Shown: positions 29,383 through 39,831, counted from the stretch's first letter. The stretch is DNA of 64,000 bases from an uncultured bacterium (GCA_937876125.1 CALEHF010000263.1:3025-67024); one strand, 5' to 3'. Translations and numbers: made by a program. The notes: generated from the letters alone by a model not told the origin.

Positions 29383-31116
29383 ATGCGAATCCCCATCTGG
29401 CTCGTCCTCGCGCTCTCGAGTTCTCTCCTTCTCCTCCCCAGTTGCGGGGACGAAAAGAGATCTGGCTCGAAGTCGAGTTCGAAATTCAAGGCGCCCGTCG
29501 CCGAGGCCCCGGCAATGGTGACTCTTCCCGCAGAGATCGCCGCACTCCTGCCGAAGGATTGCTGCGCAATTCTGTACGTCCCATCCGCGCGCGATGCGCG
29601 CACGCAGCTCGCTCCCTTGATGACCGCGACCGGCGAGAGCAAGTTTGATCCGCACGAGCCGATCAGAGAACACCCCTATGCCGACTACCTACTCAATGCG
29701 GGTCTCGTCATCGAGACACGCCCCTACGTGATCGCGTTCTCGATCCAGCAAGGGGGCATGCCGCGGCCGGTCTCGACGATTCTCGTGCCGGTCGAGAATG
29801 CAGAGGACTTGGTCGCAGCCACTCCAGATATGAAAATGATGGCCCCCGCGATCGCAGCCCCGGGCTACATCCTCCTCAGCGACCTCCCCAACAACGTCCC
29901 CCGCGGCATCGAGCCAGTCACTTTCCCCGCCGGCCTCTACTCGGTTCACTGCGATCTCGCCGCGCTGGTCCTTGCGACCCGCCCGTTGATCGAGATGGGG
30001 CTTGCCGGACTCGAGAGCGGAATGATCGGAGGAGCCCCCGGCATCAATCCTGAGATGGGGCAGGAACTCGCGGCAGCGTATGTCACGCCGATTCGCAAGT
30101 TCCTCGACTCGGCAAACACCTTCGCTGCCGGACTCGTCCACTCGAGCGGCGGCTACGAGCTTCACGCCGCCCTCACCGTTCGCGACGGAAGCCCGCTCGC
30201 GCGAACGTCTACCAAGAAGGGCGAAGACCTGTGGGAGATCGCGGGGACCGTCGATCCGAAGGCTCCATTTGCTGTCGTGCTCGGCGGTGACGCGGCCGAG
30301 GGCTTCAACCTCACGCGACCGCTTTGGGGAGCAGCGCTGAGCATGTATCCCCCCGCTCTCTCGGTGAAGCTCCGCATGTGGATGGACGAGTTCATGCCGG
30401 TCATCGAACGCCTCGATGGCGCCTTTTCGATGTCCGGGGGCTTCGGTCCTGGCGGCATGGAGGTCGCGACCTACGGCACCGTTTCGAAGGAGAAGAAGTT
30501 CCTCGAGGAGTACCTGGCGCTACTTTCAGAGAGCCCGGTCCAAGGGGAGGGAGTCGATCTCTCTGAGCCCACCGTGCGGGAGAGCGGAAAGGCCAAGGTC
30601 TATGACTTCACCACCGAGTACGACTTCGAAAAGCTCCTCGGAGCCGAGGGCATGCCGGGGGCCAGCACCGAAGAGGCCGAGCGCATGATGCGCGCCGTGT
30701 ATGGAGACGAAGGCCTCCGGATGAGCCTCGCCGCCCACGATGGAATCTTCGCATTCTTCATGGGCCGCGATCGGGCGGCGGTGGACGCAGCGATCGAGAC
30801 TATGCATCAATCTCCCTCCATCCTCGACGATGAGATGCAACTCGCCATCGCGCGAGTGAATCGCGCTCCGATGGCGATGGCGGGCCAGGTCGACATCACT
30901 GCGTTCCTGCGGTCGGTCGGTCAAATGCAAGCGGCCACCACGGGTCAGAGACAAGATCGAGATCTTTCCGCCTTGCAGTCGGTGGGCCCCACAACCCTCT
31001 ACGGTTGGGGCAGCGTCGAACGGAACACCTGGACGCTCGGGCTCTCGCTCCCGGCGCAAAGCGTAGCGAATCTATTGATGCTAGAGAGTGCGATGAAATC
31101 GTCGGGAGGCTTCTGA
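29383..31116 (+). CDS. Lipoprotein of unknown function (first gene of 4-gene operon)
   Basis: Signal peptide with lipobox MRIPIWLVLALSSSLLLLPSCG; no recognisable family; stop overlaps next start (TGATG). Confidence 0.6.
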   Translation: MRIPIWLVLALSSSLLLLPSCGDEKRSGSKSSSKFKAPVAEAPAMVTLPAEIAALLPKDCCAILYVPSARDARTQLAPLMTATGESKFDPHEPIREHPYADYLLNAGLVIETRPYVIAFSIQQGGMPRPVSTILVPVENAEDLVAATPDMKMMAPAIAAPGYILLSDLPNNVPRGIEPVTFPAGLYSVHCDLAALVLATRPLIEMGLAGLESGMIGGAPGINPEMGQELAAAYVTPIRKFLDSANTFAAGLVHSSGGYELHAALTVRDGSPLARTSTKKGEDLWEIAGTVDPKAPFAVVLGGDAAEGFNLTRPLWGAALSMYPPALSVKLRMWMDEFMPVIERLDGAFSMSGGFGPGGMEVATYGTVSKEKKFLEEYLALLSESPVQGEGVDLSEPTVRESGKAKVYDFTTEYDFEKLLGAEGMPGASTEEAERMMRAVYGDEGLRMSLAAHDGIFAFFMGRDRAAVDAAIETMHQSPSILDDEMQLAIARVNRAPMAMAGQVDITAFLRSVGQMQAATTGQRQDRDLSALQSVGPTTLYGWGSVERNTWTLGLSLPAQSVANLLMLESAMKSSGGF

Positions 31117-31622
31117 TGTCGCGCGCAGTCGTCGAAACACTGCTCATGGCGCTCGAGCATGCGTGGGACCATACGTGGGAAGCGCTCGTCGGCGTGCTCG
31201 CCGGGGTCGAGGAGAACGAGGCAGCCTGGAGCGCGCCCGCCTACGATGACGTCGAGCGAAGAGACGGCGCCCCGAAGCCGGGCAGCATTCACTGGCACGT
31301 GAATCACCTCGCAGGGTGCAAGCTGTACTACATCTCGAGGCTCGCCAACATCCTCGACCCGGGGTCTCCTCCCCGTGAGAACGACCTGCTCGAACCGGAG
31401 GCGACCTACGCCGAGGAGCGCGCGCGACTCGAGTCGATTCTGAAGGATGAGGTCAACCAGATTGCAAGCCTCGAGGACGATGACCTCGAGCGCCCCGTCT
31501 CGGCGGAAAAGAGTCTGACCGAGTTCATCGTCGCGACCACGCGTCACGATACCTGGCACGCAGGCCAGATCGCGGTCGCCCGCCGCCTGTACGCCCGAGC
31601 GAAGAGCGAGGCGAACCAGTGA
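31116..31622 (+). CDS. DinB/YfiT-like (DinB_2 superfamily) metal-dependent protein
   Basis: Conserved His triad pattern (WHVNHL...HDTWHAGQI) typical of DinB_2 four-helix bundle; translationally coupled on both sides. Confidence 0.55.
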   Translation: MSRAVVETLLMALEHAWDHTWEALVGVLAGVEENEAAWSAPAYDDVERRDGAPKPGSIHWHVNHLAGCKLYYISRLANILDPGSPPRENDLLEPEATYAEERARLESILKDEVNQIASLEDDDLERPVSAEKSLTEFIVATTRHDTWHAGQIAVARRLYARAKSEANQ

Positions 31623-32146
31623 CAGAATCTCCGAGCGATCAGTCTCCAGAAGAGACCCACGATTCCCCCAGCGCGGACACCGCCGACCCGATGGATCCCG
31701 CCGGGCCCATCACTTCTTCGCGCTTCCACTGGAACCGCGGGGGTTGGATCGGCGCGCAATTCGGCGTGAGCTGCTGGCTGCTCCCGTTTGGGATCTTGGT
31801 CGGCAGGACCGATCTGCTCGTCGGAACTGTCGCGGTGATCTCCTGCGTCGGAATCAATGCGCTCGGAGTGTTTCTTTGGAGCAAGCGCAGCACCCTCTCT
31901 GCCTACACCGGGATTCAGGTTCTGGTGGGCGCCACCGCGATCGTGAACGCGGTGGTGGTCGTGCTCACGCGGAGCAGTGTGAAGCTCGACCAACTGCCGA
32001 AGGGTGGACCCGTCTCAGCCGAGGTGCCCTACGCCATGATGGGGCTCGCGCCGATGCTCATGCTGATGTTCTTCCTGCAGAAGCTCTCACAGGATCGGCA
32101 TAATGCGAAACTGAAGAATGACCCCGTCGATCCGAGTGAGGGTTGA
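31619..32146 (+). CDS. Integral membrane protein, unknown function
   Basis: Acidic N-terminus then about 4 predicted TM helices (WIGAQFGVSCWLLPFGILVG..., LVGTVAVISCVGINALGVFLW...). Confidence 0.5.
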   Translation: MTESPSDQSPEETHDSPSADTADPMDPAGPITSSRFHWNRGGWIGAQFGVSCWLLPFGILVGRTDLLVGTVAVISCVGINALGVFLWSKRSTLSAYTGIQVLVGATAIVNAVVVVLTRSSVKLDQLPKGGPVSAEVPYAMMGLAPMLMLMFFLQKLSQDRHNAKLKNDPVDPSEG

Positions 32147-32213
32147 CGCAGACGCCGGGTCCGTGACGATAGAGCGACACCGATGGTTCGACAGAGAGAA
32201 GGGGCTCGTTCTG

Positions 32214-32654
32214 ATGCACCCACCAGGGACTAAGTCACAAGCCGCCGCGTTTCTGCTTTCATATTTCCTCGGCATTTTCGGTATCGATCGCTTCTACCTG
32301 GGACAGCCGCTCCTCGGAGTTCTCAAACTCCTCACTCTCGGTGGCTTCGGCGTTTGGTACCTCATCGACCTGCTCCTGATCGGCATGGGTGTCGCTCGGG
32401 ATGGGGACGGCCAGACCTTGCAGGTCTCAGAGTCTCCCTACGGTCCATCCGACAAGCCGCAGTCGGTCGCGTTCATCTTGTCGTACTTTCTCGGAGTGTT
32501 CGCCATCGATCGCTTCTACCTCGGGTACGTCGGTCTCGGCCTCCTCAAGCTATTCACTCTGGGAGGACTCGGCATTTGGGCGGTCATCGATACGTTCATG
32601 ATCGGTTGCGGCGCGATGCGCGACAGGGAAGGGCGTACTCTCGGGATCGGATAA
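32214..32654 (+). CDS. TM2-domain (NINE) membrane protein, tandem TM2 repeats
   Basis: Two copies of TM2 signature (KSQAAAFLLSYFLGIFGIDRFYLGQPLLGVLKLLTLGGFGVWYLIDL; KPQSVAFILSYFLGVFAIDRFYLGYVGLGLLKLFTLGGLGIWAVID). Confidence 0.75.
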   Translation: MHPPGTKSQAAAFLLSYFLGIFGIDRFYLGQPLLGVLKLLTLGGFGVWYLIDLLLIGMGVARDGDGQTLQVSESPYGPSDKPQSVAFILSYFLGVFAIDRFYLGYVGLGLLKLFTLGGLGIWAVIDTFMIGCGAMRDREGRTLGIG

Positions 32655-32668
32655 CGCACCCTACTTTT

Positions 32669-33337
32669 TCAAGGCGCGAGCCGCTCGATCCGCCACTCCT
32701 GATCTCCAGCCCGGTAGCGCACTCGGTCGTGTAATCGATGCCGACGCCCCTGCCAGAACTCCATGGTGTGGGGCCGCACCAAGAAGCCCCCCCACGATGA
32801 AGGGCGAGGGATCGGCGCACTCTCCCCGGCGATCGCGGCCGCATCTGCATAGAGGTGATCGAGGGTCGCCCGGGTAGAGATGACCTGAGATTGCGGGCTC
32901 GCGATGGCGGCGATCTGACTGGCGCGTGGACGTGATTCAAAGTAGCGATCACTCTCCTCGGGCGAGATCGGAGTGGCCACGCCGACGATGCGCACCTGCC
33001 GCTCGAGGCGATCCCAGTGGAAGCTGAGAGCGGCGTGGGGATGCGCGCGAAGCTCTGTCCCCTTCGCCGACTCGTAGTTGGTGAAGAAGACGAACCCCGT
33101 CGGGCGGACCTCGCGCAACAGCACCATGCGCACTTGCGGGTGCCCCTGTGCATCGACGGTCCCGAGCGCCATCGCCGCGGGCTCAACGAGATCGGCCTCC
33201 CGCGCGACGTCGAACCACTGCCGGAATTGAGCGATGGGATCCGGATCGAACCCCCGGACGACGAGAGGCGCCTGCGGGTCGTTGAAACGCTCCTCGACGC
33301 CGGAAGAAGCATCTGCGGAAGGTGGCTCGTCGGACAT
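32669..33337 (-). CDS. pdxH: Pyridoxamine 5'-phosphate oxidase
   Basis: PdxH motifs LREVRPTGFVFFTNYESAKG, ...SFHWDRLERQVRIVG..., C-terminal WGGFLVRPHTMEFWQGRRHRLHDRVRY. Confidence 0.85.
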   Translation of the reverse strand: MSDEPPSADASSGVEERFNDPQAPLVVRGFDPDPIAQFRQWFDVAREADLVEPAAMALGTVDAQGHPQVRMVLLREVRPTGFVFFTNYESAKGTELRAHPHAALSFHWDRLERQVRIVGVATPISPEESDRYFESRPRASQIAAIASPQSQVISTRATLDHLYADAAAIAGESAPIPRPSSWGGFLVRPHTMEFWQGRRHRLHDRVRYRAGDQEWRIERLAP

Positions 33338-33370
33338 GGTTCTCCTCGGGTCAGCTCGCTTCTATCCCGC

Positions 33371-34804
33371 TCAGCAAGCCGGATTCGAAGCGTCGCACGT
33401 GACTGCATCGGCATCGGTATCGGCTCCGCAGCTTCCGGTCGGCGGCGGAAGCGGCGGGGCACTCGGAACGAACAACGATCCCAACAAGAAGATCGCATCG
33501 GCGATGTTGATGCTGCCGTCGTTGTTCCCGTCGAGTGCCTCGTCACAAGGGATGAAGAGCCCCGTCGTGAAGAGGGCGTTCAGTTGGAAGATCGCATCCG
33601 CGATGTTCACCCCGCCATCGGAGTTCGCGTCGCCGCGCTCGAACAACGCGCCACCCACCGGTGGACAGTTGTCATAAAGAGCCAACCGCGCCGCTGCCGC
33701 TCCTCCCGCCGCTGCGAACGACCCTCCGGTGTAGAGCCCGGCATCCAAGCCACCTGCCGGGGCAGGAAGAAACGTCAGTGTCCGCACATCGGCATCGGTC
33801 CCCGCGCCGAGTGTAGAGAATCCGATGCCATCCCAGGTCGCGATGTGGGAGGCCGCCATCCCGCCCACCGACGTGAACGAGCCGCCGAAAGCCAGGCGCG
33901 GGACGCCGTCGATCGTTACCGAGCTCGCCAGACTGAACACGGTCGCGTCGGCTCCGCTCCCACTGCCCGCGATCGCGGACCAACCGAAGGTGTCCCAACG
34001 GGCGATGTGAAGAGCAGACTCGATGTCCGCGGCGGTGAAGTCGCCCCCGACGATCAGACTGGACTCGAAGTTGGAAATTGTCCAGACCGTGTTGTTCACA
34101 CCGAGGCCGAGAGGGAAGAAGTTCGTCCCGTCGAAGCGCGCGATGTGAGAAGCGCCGACCGATCCGATGGTGTTGAAGAAGCCCCCGATGTAGAGGGAAG
34201 GGCCGTTGCCGTCGCCGAGATCGTGAGTGTGGAGGGCGAACAGTTCACCGCCGACATTGCCGTTTCCCGCCGAGAGCCAGGTCGACCCGTTCCACGCCGC
34301 GAGACCCTCGGCGAAGTTGCCGCCGGCGGTCTGGAAGGATCCAGCGGCGTACAGTCGCGGTCCCGTCCCCGCATCGAAGGCGGCGAACGAGAACACGCCC
34401 GCCCCTTCCATTCCCCCTCCGAGATCGGACCAGCTGGTCCCGTTGTATGCCGCCACCCGAGCGACAACGGACCCGCCGACGCCGCCGAATTGCCCGCCGA
34501 CAAAGAGTCGCGGCCCGAAGCCGTCGTTGTGAACCGTCAGCGCCCGGACCGAGCCATTGGCGAACACTCCGGTGCCGACCGCGCTCCACGAGGTGCCGTC
34601 GAAACGCGCGAGGCGAGACGGGGTCGAGACTCCGCCGATCGAGGTGAAGGAGCCTCCGACGTAGAGGGCCGGCCCGGCCCCGTAGTCGTAGACCGCGGTC
34701 GCGAACACGTCGCCGTTCGCGCCCGGATTTCCGAGAGCGACGTCCCACGAGGGAGTGCACTGGGCGGCGGCCGATGGAGCCAGCAGAAGGAGCAGGGTCG
34801 CCAT
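33371..34804 (-). CDS. Secreted beta-propeller-repeat protein with C-terminal double dockerin-like module (family member B)
   Basis: Signal peptide MATLLLLLAPSAAAQ. ~10 repeats of GxFTxIGGxxxxxIARFDGTxWSxLG. C-terminus GDANSDGGVNIADAIFQLNALF...PCDEALDGNNDGSINIADAIFLLGSLF...PPLPPPTGSCGADTDADAVTC. Confidence 0.65.
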   Translation of the reverse strand: MATLLLLLAPSAAAQCTPSWDVALGNPGANGDVFATAVYDYGAGPALYVGGSFTSIGGVSTPSRLARFDGTSWSAVGTGVFANGSVRALTVHNDGFGPRLFVGGQFGGVGGSVVARVAAYNGTSWSDLGGGMEGAGVFSFAAFDAGTGPRLYAAGSFQTAGGNFAEGLAAWNGSTWLSAGNGNVGGELFALHTHDLGDGNGPSLYIGGFFNTIGSVGASHIARFDGTNFFPLGLGVNNTVWTISNFESSLIVGGDFTAADIESALHIARWDTFGWSAIAGSGSGADATVFSLASSVTIDGVPRLAFGGSFTSVGGMAASHIATWDGIGFSTLGAGTDADVRTLTFLPAPAGGLDAGLYTGGSFAAAGGAAAARLALYDNCPPVGGALFERGDANSDGGVNIADAIFQLNALFTTGLFIPCDEALDGNNDGSINIADAIFLLGSLFVPSAPPLPPPTGSCGADTDADAVTCDASNPAC

Positions 34805-35039
34805 CCCTGGGAGGGCGAGTGCAAATCGGCGCTGACTGAACGGACGATGGCTGTTCTGGATAGTGGACCTCGTTCCTGCGGGAGAGCCGTGACCGAGGGC
34901 TCGATGCTACTTCGGGATCGAGTGAGGGCCAAGTCTCGCGTGCTCGACCCTTGGGGAGCCATGCGTCCCCGGCGAGCACTCGCCATTATCGGTCGGTGCC
35001 GTCACGAGTCGCCGATTCCGCATTCAGCCCCGCCACTCT

Positions 35040-36215
35040 TTGGACGATCTAAAGAAAGGAGCTGAAAGGACTGGGTCTGTGGCAGAACTGAACACCCACG
35101 CGGTACGCCCCACCCATCTTCCGGCCCTCGACGGCGTCCGTGGCCTCGCGGCGCTCCTCGTTCTCTGGTGCCACTTCCCCTACATTCAAGGATCGATCGT
35201 CACCCGGACCCTCTCCGAATTCGCCTCATACGCCCAGGTTGGATACTTCGGGGTCGACCTCTTCTTCGTCCTCAGCGGATTCCTCATCACCCGCATCCTT
35301 CTCGCCGAGAGACGTGCCGGCAAGGTTCGCATCGGCCGCTTCTTTCTCCGGAGAACGCTCCGCATCTTCCCGATCTACTACCTGACCGTCGCGTTCTGCG
35401 CGATCTGGTTCGGGGCCGCGTGTCTCGACCTCATCCCCGCGACCTTCTACGTCACGAACATCGCCGCGCTCTTACGGGACTTCAGAGGCACCGGTCCTCT
35501 CTCGCACACTTGGAGCCTCGCGGTCGAGGAGCAGTTCTATCTGATCTGGCCGTTCCTCCTCGGCGGCCTCGCGCTGGCAAGGATCCGCAGTACCCTGGTG
35601 TGGATCTTGCCCGTGGTCGCGATCGTCACGTTCATCCTCATCGAATACGGCTTCGGTCGCCCCGCGATCGCACAGATGCCGGTGCGCATGCTCTCTCTCT
35701 CTCTGGGAGCGGGGCTCGCCGTCCGTGAAGGGGAGATCCGAAACTGGCGTGGCAGCTGGCTCGTCGTCGGATTCTTCGTCGCAGCTCTGGCCCTGTTCAT
35801 CAACCAGCGTTTGGCGAAGCGCGAACTGCTCACGCCCGCTCAGCTCCGCACGATCCAGTACTTCGGATTTGCCGCCGCTTCCACCTGCTTCTTGGCGATC
35901 GTCATCGGGGTCGAGGGGAGGCTCGCGGATGCGCTGAGAACCGTCTTCTCGGGCAGGTGGATCCGAGGGGTCGGAGCGATCTCGTACGGTATCTACCTCT
36001 ATCACATCGTGATCATGCACGTGCTCGGCCTGGAGTACGCGAACTGGATCGGAACCGGCATCACCACCACGAGGTGGGCGCTCGCCCTCGCGCTCGTGTT
36101 CCTCGTCCCGACCGTGAGCTACTGGTGCATCGAGAAACCGATCTTGGGGCTTCGCCACCGCTTCGATCGGCCGCGCACCCCCCGCGCTCCGGCGAGGGCG
36201 TCGCAGCCCGCTTGA
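35040..36215 (+). CDS. Acyltransferase family 3 (OafA/YrhL-like) membrane protein
   Basis: LDGVRGLAALLVLWCHFPY...VGYFGVDLFFVLSGFLITRIL; multiple TM helices. Confidence 0.8.
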   Translation: MDDLKKGAERTGSVAELNTHAVRPTHLPALDGVRGLAALLVLWCHFPYIQGSIVTRTLSEFASYAQVGYFGVDLFFVLSGFLITRILLAERRAGKVRIGRFFLRRTLRIFPIYYLTVAFCAIWFGAACLDLIPATFYVTNIAALLRDFRGTGPLSHTWSLAVEEQFYLIWPFLLGGLALARIRSTLVWILPVVAIVTFILIEYGFGRPAIAQMPVRMLSLSLGAGLAVREGEIRNWRGSWLVVGFFVAALALFINQRLAKRELLTPAQLRTIQYFGFAAASTCFLAIVIGVEGRLADALRTVFSGRWIRGVGAISYGIYLYHIVIMHVLGLEYANWIGTGITTTRWALALALVFLVPTVSYWCIEKPILGLRHRFDRPRTPRAPARASQPA

Positions 36216-36231
36216 GAATCGCCGGCGAGAC

Positions 36232-37785
36232 TCAACGAGCCTCGGAGGCCTGGGTCCGCTTCTCGATCTTCTTCCCGGTGATCGCGAGGTTTCTCTTCGG
36301 GATCGAATAGATCAGCGCTGTCACCGCGGTCGCCGAAATTCTCGAGTCACGACCGTAGCCCGCGTTGTCGCGGTTCGGTTGGTAGTAGAAGCTGCCGTCG
36401 GAGCACTGCGCGAGGATGAACCACCAACGGTTCAGGTCCATCAATCGACGAAACGCAGCCGGTTCGACAGCGGCTGCAAGCGCCGCGTAGCCCATTCCCA
36501 TCACTGGCGAGCCGTGGGTGTCGGGGAAGCTTTCGGGGTGCTCCCCGATCAACTTCGCATGGTCGCGCGCGCGCTTCGCATACTTCTCGTCGGCGTAGGG
36601 GCTGAGGAAGTTCGCGACGCCGGCGGCTCCGGTGCGGCCCATGTCGGCCCAGTCGCGCGCCCCCGCCACTTGATCCTCGTACCAGACATATCCGTTCGGT
36701 CCGGTTCCGCGGTCGAGGAAGTGGTAGGCGAAGTCGTGGCGCTCGCGATCGACCGCGATCCCACAGTGACTCAAGAGCGAAAACGCGAGTGCGCCCTGCC
36801 CCGTCAACATGCTGATCGGCCCATACCCCTCGAAGCCCGGGTTGTGCCCCCAACCGCCGTGGGAATCTAATGCGTCCTTCGGCAAGTCTTCGGGGCGATC
36901 CTCCTTCGTCTTCGGAGCGACCTGCGAGGCATCGATGAACTGGCTCGAGATCAGAAAGTCGTAGACCTCTTGGAGCTCGGGGAGCAGCCAATCTTCGCCG
37001 GTGGCGAGGTAGTACTCGCTCATCACGATCGCGGCGGCCATGTAGCGCCAGTTGATGAGCCATGAGGAGTCCTTGGCTTTGGTGGTGCGCGCATGCATGC
37101 GCACGTTCTTCTCGACCAAGGGGAGATAACGCGCATCGCCGCTCGCCAGAAGCGCGAGCGGGGCGAAGGTGTCGTGTGGTGGGCTGCCCCAAGAACCGTC
37201 CTCTTGCTGGTGGCGCGCGAGGTACTCGAGCAGCTCGGAGTAGATGAGATCAGACTTCGCGCAGCTCTTCGGAAAGCCCTTTGCGTACTGTCCGTACTTC
37301 GTGCCGACGTCGAGAATGACATCGAGCTTCTTCTCGTCGCGGACCAAGTCGAGGCGCAGCTTGCCGCGATTGGTTTTCTTGTTCTTGCCCTGGCACGCTT
37401 CAAGGGCGACGGCGAAGTCGAGAACGGGGCCCGCCGCTCCAAACTTGTCCATCCCGTAGCCGTTTCGGTGCGGGGTCACGAACAGTCGGCCCCCCGCCCC
37501 GACGATCCAATCCCCCACCTCTACCTTGCCGTGCGCGGGACTCGCTTCGAACACGTACCGGACCGCAAGAACGGTCGGTTGGTCGGCAAGCAGCTCGACT
37601 CGTAACCCGGTGATCCCGAGGTTGTAGAACCACCCCGGCACGACTGCGTCAGGCCCACCGTCGGCGCGGTCGTTCCAGGGACGCCCGTCTTTGTGATGGT
37701 GAACCTGCGCGGAGAGTGAGTTCGTCACGGACAGGAGGAGAAGGGCGATCCAGACCCCCATGCGTTTTCGTTCCACGATCGACAT
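36232..37785 (-). CDS. Secreted prenyltransferase/squalene-oxidase-repeat (alpha-alpha toroid) protein
   Basis: Signal peptide (MGVWIALLLLSVTNSLSAQ); QxxDGSWG / HGGWGHNPGFEGYGP repeats typical of terpenoid cyclase/prenyltransferase repeat proteins; GAGGAG RBS. Confidence 0.5.
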   Translation of the reverse strand: MSIVERKRMGVWIALLLLSVTNSLSAQVHHHKDGRPWNDRADGGPDAVVPGWFYNLGITGLRVELLADQPTVLAVRYVFEASPAHGKVEVGDWIVGAGGRLFVTPHRNGYGMDKFGAAGPVLDFAVALEACQGKNKKTNRGKLRLDLVRDEKKLDVILDVGTKYGQYAKGFPKSCAKSDLIYSELLEYLARHQQEDGSWGSPPHDTFAPLALLASGDARYLPLVEKNVRMHARTTKAKDSSWLINWRYMAAAIVMSEYYLATGEDWLLPELQEVYDFLISSQFIDASQVAPKTKEDRPEDLPKDALDSHGGWGHNPGFEGYGPISMLTGQGALAFSLLSHCGIAVDRERHDFAYHFLDRGTGPNGYVWYEDQVAGARDWADMGRTGAAGVANFLSPYADEKYAKRARDHAKLIGEHPESFPDTHGSPVMGMGYAALAAAVEPAAFRRLMDLNRWWFILAQCSDGSFYYQPNRDNAGYGRDSRISATAVTALIYSIPKRNLAITGKKIEKRTQASEAR

Positions 37786-37911
37786 CTTCTCCTCAATTCT
37801 GTGGTGGTCAGCCGGTGAGAGCGCGACTGAACCGTGATCGCTCTGGCACCTAATTCGATCAACAATCGCGAGTGGCCTCGCTCGGGGCCACCCCTGACGA
37901 AGGGAGTCTCG

Positions 37912-39060
37912 ATGTCTCGTCACGGATCCCAGCCTCGTACCGGATCACATCTAGGTCTCGAAGAGAAGCGCTGGCTCCTGGGGATCGGTCTCAGCATCGG
38001 CATCGGTGCAGTCCTGCTCGCACCGGAAAAGCTTGATGCGCAGGTCCCGTTTCGACGTGGCGACCTCGATGGCGATGGGCAAGTGGGGACGATGGCGGAC
38101 GTCTTGCTGGCGATCAACCCGTTCGCCATCTTCCCCTGTTCCGATGCCGGTGATGTGAACGACGACGGCCTCAAGAACATCCTCGATGGTGTCCACCTGG
38201 TGAACTTCCTCATCGGGGACGTGCCCGAGCTCCCCTTACCGGGGACCTTTGGCTGTGGGCTCGACCCGACCGACTTCGACGTGCTCGACTGCCATGCCTA
38301 CTCTACCTGCGCTCTGGTGACGGGCCTCCCCGCCTCACCCGATCACTCACTGCGGATCGAATCGGCGGAGGGAATCGTGGGCACGCAGATCGAGGTCTCC
38401 GTGCGATACGACAACCTATTCAATGAGCCCACTCAGGGGATCGCCCTCGGAGTCTGCCACGATGCCGGCCTCGCGACCCTCGTCAGCGTCGGGTTCGGTT
38501 CCGCGTTTTCTGAGCTCCCCGATGTATTCCTGATTCAGCAGTTTGCCGACGGTTGGACCGGGATGGCGATTTCCAGCGTCACAGGGATCGAGTTCATCAT
38601 GGGAGTCGATCAAGAGCTCTTTGTCGCCACGTACGAAACCGCAGCCAGCGGCGATCTCTCCCTCACAATCTGCGAAGGACTCGCGACGCCAGAGACGTAC
38701 ATTTCCCTCGCTGTGTCGACCTTTAGCGGGGTCGATGGCTTCGTGCCCCACATCGAGAACGGTGTGCTCACTTCGATCCCTGACCCACAGTTCAGGCGTG
38801 GTGATGCGAACGACGACGGAACGACGAACATCGCGGATGCCGTGTCCCTCCTCACCGAATTGTTCGGGAACGGCCCTGCCTCGCCCTGCGCCGATGCGGC
38901 GGACGCGAACGACGACGGCGCCCTCGACATCGGCGATCCGATCGCGGTCCTCAACACCCTTTTCGGCGGGAGCGGGCCGCCGTTGCCGGAGCCGGGATCC
39001 TCGACGTGCGGTGTCGATCCGACCGCCGATGATCTCCGATGTGCGGCGCTCTGCCCCTAG
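37912..39060 (+). CDS. Secreted protein with N- and C-terminal double dockerin-like modules (family member C)
   Basis: N-term FRRGDLDGDGQVGTMADVLLAINPF...PCSDAGDVNDDGLKNILDGVHLVNFL...PLPGTFGCGLDPTDFDVLDC; C-term FRRGDANDDGTTNIADAVSLLTELF...PCADAADANDDGALDIGDPIAVLNTLF...PPLPEPGSSTCGVDPTADDLRC. Confidence 0.65.
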   Translation: MSRHGSQPRTGSHLGLEEKRWLLGIGLSIGIGAVLLAPEKLDAQVPFRRGDLDGDGQVGTMADVLLAINPFAIFPCSDAGDVNDDGLKNILDGVHLVNFLIGDVPELPLPGTFGCGLDPTDFDVLDCHAYSTCALVTGLPASPDHSLRIESAEGIVGTQIEVSVRYDNLFNEPTQGIALGVCHDAGLATLVSVGFGSAFSELPDVFLIQQFADGWTGMAISSVTGIEFIMGVDQELFVATYETAASGDLSLTICEGLATPETYISLAVSTFSGVDGFVPHIENGVLTSIPDPQFRRGDANDDGTTNIADAVSLLTELFGNGPASPCADAADANDDGALDIGDPIAVLNTLFGGSGPPLPEPGSSTCGVDPTADDLRCAALCP

Positions 39061-39526
39061 CAGTCTCGGGTGAAGTGACGACGTAAACTTGAAACCACAG
39101 CACTTCACCCGAGCCTGCAGGTCTTGCGGCGAATCGGCAAGCCGTAGCCGTGATCAGTTGCTTATTCTAGGCCTAGGAGGCTGTCGGAGAACTGCTTTCG
39201 AACCGAGGGTTGTAGATTTCGGTGGCCTGTGCCCTCGGCAGAGCGCAGTCATACTGCTTTGTACGTCGAGTTCTGCCGAGGGTGCAGGGTGCCGGAAGCT
39301 CAAATCGTCGGTCGGAATGAGTTCTCCGACAGCCTCCTAGTGTGGTGTTCGAGCAGGAGAGAGTGATCAAGGTCTTCGAGCAAACTCGGTGAGCTTGCTC
39401 CAGAATCGCGGATCGGTCATGCTCTCGGGCTCCAAGATCGATTCCGATCCCACCCAGAACTCTCGCTCGCGCGCATGGCCTCGGTGCGTGCCGCGGACTC
39501 ATTGAAGTGATGACAATAGCGTCGGT

Positions 39527-39600
39527 GCCCCGTTAGCTCAGCTGGATAGAGCAGCCGCTTCCTAAGCGGCAGGTCACAGGTTCGAATCCTGTACGGGGTA
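39527..39600 (+). tRNA. tRNA-Arg (anticodon CCT)
   Basis: Cloverleaf: acceptor GCCCCGT/ACGGGGT, D-arm AGCTCAGCTGGATAGAGC, anticodon loop TTCCTAA (CCT), T-arm GGTTCGAATCC; discriminator A; CCA not encoded. Confidence 0.85.
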
Positions 39601-39603
39601 CTT
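39559..39603 (+). repeat. attL-like core: 45-bp 3' portion of tRNA-Arg repeated at 47360-47404
   Basis: Identical 45-mer ttcctaagcggcaggtcacaggttcgaatcctgtacggggtactt present at both sites. Confidence 0.8.
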
Positions 39604-39831
39604 CAACCTAAAGCTGAGGGCTCTTGCGGGTCAGGTTCGGTGCGGGACGTACGTGGACGCTGCGCGGAGGGGTTACTTCGTGGCTTCATGGAACGTCGGG
39701 GTGAGGGGGCGTTCGGGGGGGCTCGGGAACGGATCCGAGAAAGCAGCGGAGCACGGAAGTGCTGCGGCTGTGGGGAGGTCCGGAGTCTCTGTGACCGTGT
39801 CACCCTTGACTCCACCCTCTGACCCAGGTCA

